From the NCBI GenBank assembly GCA_030652215.1, contig JAUSBC010000014.1, positions 754 through 64,753 on the forward strand: 64,000 nucleotides of DNA. Reading direction: 5' to 3'. The notes under the pieces are model-generated. The model did no database searches. It was not told the origin of the DNA and saw only the letters and a program-made list of their open reading frames with translations. Made by a program: the position numbers and the translations under genes. Position 1 is the first letter of the stretch; every line of letters begins with the position of its first letter. The stretch comes from Sideroxyarcus sp. (GTDB lineage: Bacteria > Pseudomonadota > Gammaproteobacteria > Burkholderiales > Gallionellaceae). This document shows positions 58,240 through 64,000 of the stretch, one piece after another.

Positions 58240-60672
58240 CTACCCCTTCGCCTGCAATTGCTCAGCCGCGAAATCGTCCACCATGATGACCTTGCGACGC
58301 AGGGCGTAATCGCGTTCCAGTTGCAATGCCTGTTCGGCGTCGATGAGACCCAGGTCGCGCGCTTCGGCGATCTGCAGCAATTCTTCGTGCGCCTTGATTT
58401 TGCCTTCCTTGCGCGCTTTCTCCAGTCCGGATTGCAACGGTTCGCACGCCAGCGTGCTGGCGAGTGCGGCTTCCAGCGCGCCGACAGCATCCGTCTCGTC
58501 GGGCGAAATGTACATGCCGGCAGTCAGGCGGTCGCGCGCGGCACCGGGTTTGAGCAGCAGCGAGGCAACCTGATGGCCTACTTGATCGCTGGGAGGCCTT
58601 TGATGCTGGCCGAGCGGGAAGATCATGGCGCGCAACACCAGTGCGGCGATGCGGTTGGGGAAGTTCTGCAGCACGCCGTCCAGCGCAAGCTGAATGCGGT
58701 ACAGGCCGTCCTGCATGCCCCAGTGCAACAGCGGCAGATCTTCTTCAGGACGCCCGTCGTCCTCAAAACGCTTGAGCACGGCAGAGCACAGGTACATCTG
58801 GCTCAGCACGTCGCCGAGACGGGCGGAGAGTTTTTCGCGGCGCTTGAGCGCGCCGCCCAGCACCAGCATGGCGACATCCGACGCAAAGGCAAATGCGGCC
58901 GAGTAGCGCGTCAACGCCTGGTAATAACGTTTGGTGGGCTGCTCCGTCGGCACGCCGATGATGTACCCGCCGGTCAGGCCGTAAACCAGACTGCGCACGG
59001 CATTGCTCAGGCTGAAGCTGATATGCCCGAACAGCGCCGCATCGAATTCTTGCACCGCACGTTTGTTGTCCTGGTTCTGTGCCGCATGGATCTCTTTCAG
59101 CACATAGGGATGGGAACGCACCGCCCCTTGCCCGAAAATAATAAGACTGCGCGTGAGGATGTTCGCGCCTTCCACGGTGATGCCGATGGGCGCCTGTTGG
59201 TAGGCACGCGCCAGATAGTTGTCTGGCCCCATGCAGATGCCCTTGCCGCCATGCACGTCCATTGCATCATTGATGAGAATGCGTCCGCGCTCGGTGCAAT
59301 GGTATTTGACGATGGCGGAAATGACCGAAGGCTTGCCGCCCAGGTCCAGCGCCTGCGCCGTCATGGTGCGCGCCGCATCCATCACATAAAGGTTGCCGCC
59401 GATGCGCGTAAGCGCCTCTTCCACGCCCTCGAACTTGCCCACCGGCACATGGAACTGCTTGCGTACGCGGCAGTAGGCGCCGCTGGTGCGCGCCGCCAGT
59501 TTGCCGACGCCCGTGGCGCTGGCCGGCAGCGAGATGGAACGCCCCGCCGCGAGGCAGTCCATGAGCATGCGCCAGCCGTGGCCGATGCGCATGGTGCCGC
59601 CGATGATGTATTCCATCGGAATGAACACATTCTCACCCGTGGTCGGGCCGTTGAGGAATGCGGAGTTGAGCGGGAAGTGGCGGCGCCCCACATTCACGCC
59701 CGGGGTGTCGGTGGGAATCAGCGCCAGCGTGATGCCGCGCTCGACTTCCGCACCCAACAGATTCCGCGGGTCATACAGTTTGAAAGCCAGGCCGAGCAAT
59801 GTCGCCACCGGTGCCAGCGTGATATAGCGCTTCTCCCAAGTGACACACACACCGAGCACGTTCTTGTGGCCGTTGAAATCGCCGTAGCAGACTGTGCCGC
59901 GATCAGGGATCGCCCCCGCATCGGAGCCGGCGAACGGCCCGGTCAGCGCAAAGCACGGAATCTCCTTGCCGCTGGCGAGTCCGCGCAGGTACTTGTCTTT
60001 CTGTTCCTGGGTGCCGTAATGTAGCAGCAACTCGGCCGGCCCGAGCGAGTTCGGCACCATCACCGTCACCGCCGCGGTACCGCTACGCGAAGCAACCTTG
60101 GTCACCACGGCCGATTGCGCCTGTGCGGAAAATTCCAGCCCGCCGTATTCCTTGGGAATGATCAGGCTGAAAAACCCCTTGTCCTTGATGAACTGCCAGA
60201 CGTCCGGCGGCAAATCCTGGCGCGTATGGGTGATGTCCCAGTCGTCCAGCATCGCGCACAACTGCTCGACTTCGTTATCGAGAAAAGCCTGTTCGCGGTC
60301 GCTAAGCCCGGTCTTGGGCAGAGCCAGCATTTGTTTCCAGTGCGGATTGCCGCTGAACAGCTCACCGTCCCAACCCACCGTGCCGGCGTCCAGCGCCTCC
60401 TGCTCGGTTTGCGAGACTTGCGGCAATATCTTGCGGAAGATGCGCAGTACGAAGCTGCTGACCAGCAGACGACGCAGTACGGGGATACCCATTATTGCGA
60501 GAAAAACGGCGAGCGTAATGCAAACAGTCTTCAGAGCCTCGTCGGTGATGCGGCTTTCGTAGGCAATGGCGGGAACAAACACCGCCAGCGCGATAATCCA
60601 CCCCCAGATGGAGGCCCGAAAGAACGCCAGCAGCAAAGCCACCACCAGCACCACTGTCAACAGAATTGCCAT
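58240..60672 (-). CDS. fadE: Acyl-CoA dehydrogenase FadE
   Basis: N-terminal TM, VPNSLGP, AGSDAG, ITVEGANILTR, C-terminal VDDF. Confidence 0.94.
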   Translation of the reverse strand: MAILLTVVLVVALLLAFFRASIWGWIIALAVFVPAIAYESRITDEALKTVCITLAVFLAIMGIPVLRRLLVSSFVLRIFRKILPQVSQTEQEALDAGTVGWDGELFSGNPHWKQMLALPKTGLSDREQAFLDNEVEQLCAMLDDWDITHTRQDLPPDVWQFIKDKGFFSLIIPKEYGGLEFSAQAQSAVVTKVASRSGTAAVTVMVPNSLGPAELLLHYGTQEQKDKYLRGLASGKEIPCFALTGPFAGSDAGAIPDRGTVCYGDFNGHKNVLGVCVTWEKRYITLAPVATLLGLAFKLYDPRNLLGAEVERGITLALIPTDTPGVNVGRRHFPLNSAFLNGPTTGENVFIPMEYIIGGTMRIGHGWRMLMDCLAAGRSISLPASATGVGKLAARTSGAYCRVRKQFHVPVGKFEGVEEALTRIGGNLYVMDAARTMTAQALDLGGKPSVISAIVKYHCTERGRILINDAMDVHGGKGICMGPDNYLARAYQQAPIGITVEGANILTRSLIIFGQGAVRSHPYVLKEIHAAQNQDNKRAVQEFDAALFGHISFSLSNAVRSLVYGLTGGYIIGVPTEQPTKRYYQALTRYSAAFAFASDVAMLVLGGALKRREKLSARLGDVLSQMYLCSAVLKRFEDDGRPEEDLPLLHWGMQDGLYRIQLALDGVLQNFPNRIAALVLRAMIFPLGQHQRPPSDQVGHQVASLLLKPGAARDRLTAGMYISPDETDAVGALEAALASTLACEPLQSGLEKARKEGKIKAHEELLQIAEARDLGLIDAEQALQLERDYALRRKVIMVDDFAAEQLQAKG

Positions 60673-60815
60673 TGAGTACCCTCATTATTATTGTGTATGG
60701 ATGGGGTGAACTTTAACCGCAGCGGGTGGTGCTGACAATGGTTATATTCCTGCTTACAAAATGGGCTTCGCGCGCGGCGGTTGACTATCGTCCGCGACTT
60801 CGCCACACTACCCGC

Positions 60816-61205
60816 ATGAATCGCTCAACTAAAAAATTCATTGCCGTACTGATGCTGCTGTGGCTGCCGATCTTCACCGGCAGCGCGCTGGCGGCATCCG
60901 TGTCCATGCAGATGGCACAGGGCGGTTGCCATGATTCCGCAATGGCCCAGGCAATGGTCCACCACGACATGGACATGGGCGAGCATCAAATGCATCACGG
61001 CGAAATGCCCGCCCCGGCGGACGAACATAGTCCCGCATCCGGCGCCTGTGGCGTTTGCCAACTTGCGTGCACCGGCTACCTGTCCGTACCCGGCGCAGCA
61101 ACCCCCGTCGTGCAAACCACTGCGCTCGAAATCACGCCCTATCTGGTCGCGTTTCACTCCCACACTTCCGCCCCGCTGCTTCCGCCTCCTCTCGCCCGCG
61201 CCTGA
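60816..61205 (+). CDS. DUF2946/CopL-like His/Met-rich metal-responsive small protein
   Basis: Signal-like N-terminus, HHDMDMGEHQMHH, CGVCQLAC, Pro-rich C-terminus LLPPPLARA; upstream of cus-type operon. Confidence 0.7.
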   Translation: MNRSTKKFIAVLMLLWLPIFTGSALAASVSMQMAQGGCHDSAMAQAMVHHDMDMGEHQMHHGEMPAPADEHSPASGACGVCQLACTGYLSVPGAATPVVQTTALEITPYLVAFHSHTSAPLLPPPLARA

Positions 61206-61304
61206 CGCGGGACGAGTCCGTCTGTTGTTTTCATAGCCCGATTCTCCCGCACCGTCCGGTCGCCGCGTGCGGCCGTCTGCATGCTTTGGAACAGGATGTG
61301 AAAC

Positions 61305-62564
61305 ATGAAACTACCTATATTAGTGTTACTCGCGCTGTGCGCGCTCTGGTTGACGCCAGCCAGCGCCGAACCACCGCTGGGCAGCAACCTCGACGGGCTG
61401 CTGGACTACGCGCGCGAACATAACCCGGAGCTGGCCGCCACACGCTACGAAGCGGTGGCCGCGCAAGAACGCGCCGAACCGGCTGGCGCGTTGCCAGACC
61501 CGGTGCTGCGTACCGAACTGATGGACATCACCAACGAAGGGGCTACCGGTGCGCGTCTGTTGCCATCACAGGTCGGCGCCACGAAATACACGCTGATGCA
61601 GAGCATTCCCTGGTACGGCAAACGCGACCTGCAACGCGAGGTCGCCGGCGCGCAAGCCGCGCAAGCCAATGTCCAGGTCGCCGTCAGTTGGACCGAACTG
61701 GCGAACCGCATCAAGGCGACCTATGCCATGCACTTTTACGCCACGGCCAGCGAACGGCTGGTGCAGCAGTCGCTGGACTTGCTCGACAACCTGGAACAGA
61801 CCGTGCAGACGCGCTATGCCAACGGCCTCGGCAGCCAGCAGGACGCGATCCGCGTGCAGCTCGAAAAGACCGTGATGCGCGGCGAGTTGATCGCGCTGCA
61901 AAACGAGCATCACCATACCTTCGCGCAGTTGAACACCCTGCTCTCGCGTCCGGCGAGCGCGCCGCTGGCGGAACCGCTGCAACTGCGCCCGCTACCGTCG
62001 CCCGCCAGACTGGACGAACAGACCTTGCTCGAACGCCTGCGCGCGCGCAACCCGCAACTGCGGATCGCCGACGCGGGCGTCCTGTCCGCCGAAAAGAGCC
62101 GCGAACTGGCCTACGCCAAGCGCTATCCCGACTTCACCCTGGGCGTCGCGCCCACCCAGTCCGGCAACACGGTAAAGACCTGGGACCTGATGTTCGAGAT
62201 CAGCATCCCGCTGCAGCAGTCGTCGCGCCGCTCGCAGGAGCGCGAGGCGGAAGCGATGCTGTCCGCCTCCGCCGCGCGCAAAACGGCGCTGCTCAACCAG
62301 ACGCAGGCGGACCTGTCGGAGAATCTGTCCGCACTGGAAGCCTCGCGCCAGACCGAAGCACTGATCGCGACCCGCCTGTTACCGCAGGCCGAACTGACCT
62401 GGCAATCCGCGCTGGCAGGCTACGAGACCGGCAAAGTCGACTTCGCCATGCTGATCGAAGCGCAGCGGCAAGTATTGAAAGCACGACAGCAGCGGCTGCA
62501 AGTGCAGATGGACATGCAACTGCGCCTGGCCGACATCGAAAGACTATTGGGAGAAGAGTTATGA
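61305..62564 (+). CDS. TolC-family outer membrane factor of heavy-metal RND efflux (CusC-like)
   Basis: Signal peptide, NPEL, LPDP, YPDFTLG, YETGKVDF. Confidence 0.88.
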   Translation: MKLPILVLLALCALWLTPASAEPPLGSNLDGLLDYAREHNPELAATRYEAVAAQERAEPAGALPDPVLRTELMDITNEGATGARLLPSQVGATKYTLMQSIPWYGKRDLQREVAGAQAAQANVQVAVSWTELANRIKATYAMHFYATASERLVQQSLDLLDNLEQTVQTRYANGLGSQQDAIRVQLEKTVMRGELIALQNEHHHTFAQLNTLLSRPASAPLAEPLQLRPLPSPARLDEQTLLERLRARNPQLRIADAGVLSAEKSRELAYAKRYPDFTLGVAPTQSGNTVKTWDLMFEISIPLQQSSRRSQEREAEAMLSASAARKTALLNQTQADLSENLSALEASRQTEALIATRLLPQAELTWQSALAGYETGKVDFAMLIEAQRQVLKARQQRLQVQMDMQLRLADIERLLGEEL

Positions 62565-64000
62565 ACAAGCTCGGCATATCAATACTGGGCGCGCTGCTGC
62601 TGGTGGCAATGGCGGCCGCCGGATACTGGTTTGGAAAACAGGATACGGGATACGGGATACAGGACACAGTGAGAAGCGGTGAACGCAAGCCGCTCTATTA
62701 CCGCAACCCGATGGGTTTGCCGGATACCTCGCCCGTGCCGAAGAAGGACTCGATGGGCATGGACTACGTGCCGGTGTATGAAGGCGAAGCGGAGTCAGGC
62801 ACTCAGCTTAGCATCAGCATCGACAAGGTGCAGAAGCTGGGCGTGAAGAGCGAAGCGGCGACGCTGCGCGAACTGGACCGCTCCTTGCGCGCAACCGGGC
62901 GCATCGAAATCGACGAGCGCCGCCTCTACACCATCGCCCCCAGATTCGAGGGCTGGGTGGAGCGCCTGTACGTGAACACCACCGGGCAAGCCGTGACGAA
63001 AGGGCAGGCGCTGTTCGACGTGTACAGCCCGGAACTGGTCTCGGCGCAGCGCGAGCATGCGCTGGCGCTGCAGGGTCTGGCCGCGCTGAAGGATGCAGAC
63101 GACGATGCGAAGCAAAGCATGCAACAGCTTGCGGATGCCAGCGCCGCGCGTCTGAAGAACTGGGGCATGACGGAAGCGGAAACCGCGAAAGGAATCACTT
63201 TCCGCGCGCCCGCCAACGGCATCGTGCTGGAAAAGAAAGCCGTGCAAGGCATGCGCTTCATGCCCGGCGAAATGCTGTACCAGATCGCCGACCTGTCGTC
63301 GGTGTGGGTGATCGCCGAAGTAGCAGAACAGGATGCCGGACAGATCTGGCTCGGTAGCCGCGCGCAGGTCGGCGTCGATGCCTGGCCGGAACGCGCGTTC
63401 GACGGTCGCGTGGATTTCATCTACCCGACGCTGAACAGCGCCACACGCACGGTGCAGGTGCGTATCGAGATCGCCAACCCTAAAGCGCTGCTCAAACCCG
63501 CCATGTTCGCCAATGCGCGGATCGCCTCAGGCAAACCCGGCAAGGTGCTGGCCGTGCCGGCTTCGGCGGTGATCGACAGCGGCACCCGACAAGTGGTGCT
63601 GGTGCGGCTGGCGGAAGGACGCTTCGAGCCGCGCACGGTCACGCTCGGCAGCCGCAGCGACGATTATGTCGAAGTGCGGAGCGGCATCGTGGCAGGCGAA
63701 GAAGTCGTGACCTCGGCCAACTTCCTGCTGGATTCGGAGAGCAATCTGAAGGCGGCGTTCGGCAGTATGAGCGAAGCCCCCCAACCCCTCCCAGCCTCCC
63801 CTTCTCAGGGGAGGAGCAAGAGCGGTATCGGACATCAGGCGCAAGGCATGCTCGAAGCCATTAACGACGACGGCACGGTGAGCATCACCCACGATCCCAT
63901 CCCTGCGCTCAAGTGGCCCGCCATGACCATGGACTTCGCGCTGGCGAATCCGTCGCTGGCGGCCAACATCAAGCCGGGTAGTGCGATCAGCTTCGAGATC
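62561..64000 (+). CDS. cusB: CusB-like efflux membrane fusion protein with N-terminal Met-rich motif and C-terminal CusF-like domain (runs off window)
   Basis: ATG overlaps upstream stop; YYRNPMG..KKDSMGMDYVPVY, YSPELVSAQRE, IYPTL, C-terminal HDPIPALKWPAMTMDF. Confidence 0.88.
   Translation, partial: MNKLGISILGALLLVAMAAAGYWFGKQDTGYGIQDTVRSGERKPLYYRNPMGLPDTSPVPKKDSMGMDYVPVYEGEAESGTQLSISIDKVQKLGVKSEAATLRELDRSLRATGRIEIDERRLYTIAPRFEGWVERLYVNTTGQAVTKGQALFDVYSPELVSAQREHALALQGLAALKDADDDAKQSMQQLADASAARLKNWGMTEAETAKGITFRAPANGIVLEKKAVQGMRFMPGEMLYQIADLSSVWVIAEVAEQDAGQIWLGSRAQVGVDAWPERAFDGRVDFIYPTLNSATRTVQVRIEIANPKALLKPAMFANARIASGKPGKVLAVPASAVIDSGTRQVVLVRLAEGRFEPRTVTLGSRSDDYVEVRSGIVAGEEVVTSANFLLDSESNLKAAFGSMSEAPQPLPASPSQGRSKSGIGHQAQGMLEAINDDGTVSITHDPIPALKWPAMTMDFALANPSLAANIKPGSAISFEI
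62641..62668 (+). repeat. Heptamer tandem repeat x4 in cusB 5' region
   Basis: GGATACG GGATACG GGATACA GGACACA. Confidence 0.75.
63785..63816. repeat. Short palindromic element in cusB linker
   Basis: CCCCTCCCAG-CCTCCCCT-TCTC-AGGGGAGG-AG encoding PLPASPSQGR. Confidence 0.65.

Noticed and set aside
55453-60024. 583-aa and 588-aa plus-strand ORFs
   Set aside because: Antisense to fadD and fadE.

Overview
GC-rich betaproteobacterial chromosome segment. Gene content and order (Ccm system I, monomeric Icd, GH57-containing glycogen cluster, c4 cytochromes) suggest Gallionellaceae/Nitrosomonadales; this is an inference, not a database match. In order: ccmD'-C-B-A with two diheme c4-type cytochromes; fabI; ppiD, tRNA-Asp, tRNA-Val, hupB, lon, clpX, clpP, tig; a glycogen cluster (glgP, two GH57 genes, glgC, glgA, pgi, glgB) between tig and tRNA-Leu; a TCA cluster (yhdH-like, sucB, sucA, gltA, sdhE-B-A-D-C, mdh, icd); a small Cys-rich ORF; an AmmeMemoRadiSam locus with two AmrA copies; an HD-GYP gene; a fatty-acid uptake/beta-oxidation cluster ending in chalcone-isomerase-fold and ATP-grasp-like genes and interrupted by a RAYT transposase with REPs; and the start of a Cus-type efflux operon. 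The most unusual signals are three. (1) Short palindromic and heptamer repeat elements sit in-frame inside protein-coding genes, including a 51-nt hairpin nested in another palindrome in fadB, with a related 18-nt insert inside a REP. (2) Three in-frame stops (TAG twice at probable Tyr, TGA once at probable Cys) lie in otherwise uninterrupted frames. (3) A translationally coupled thiolase / CHI-fold / ATP-grasp-like module has no known function.
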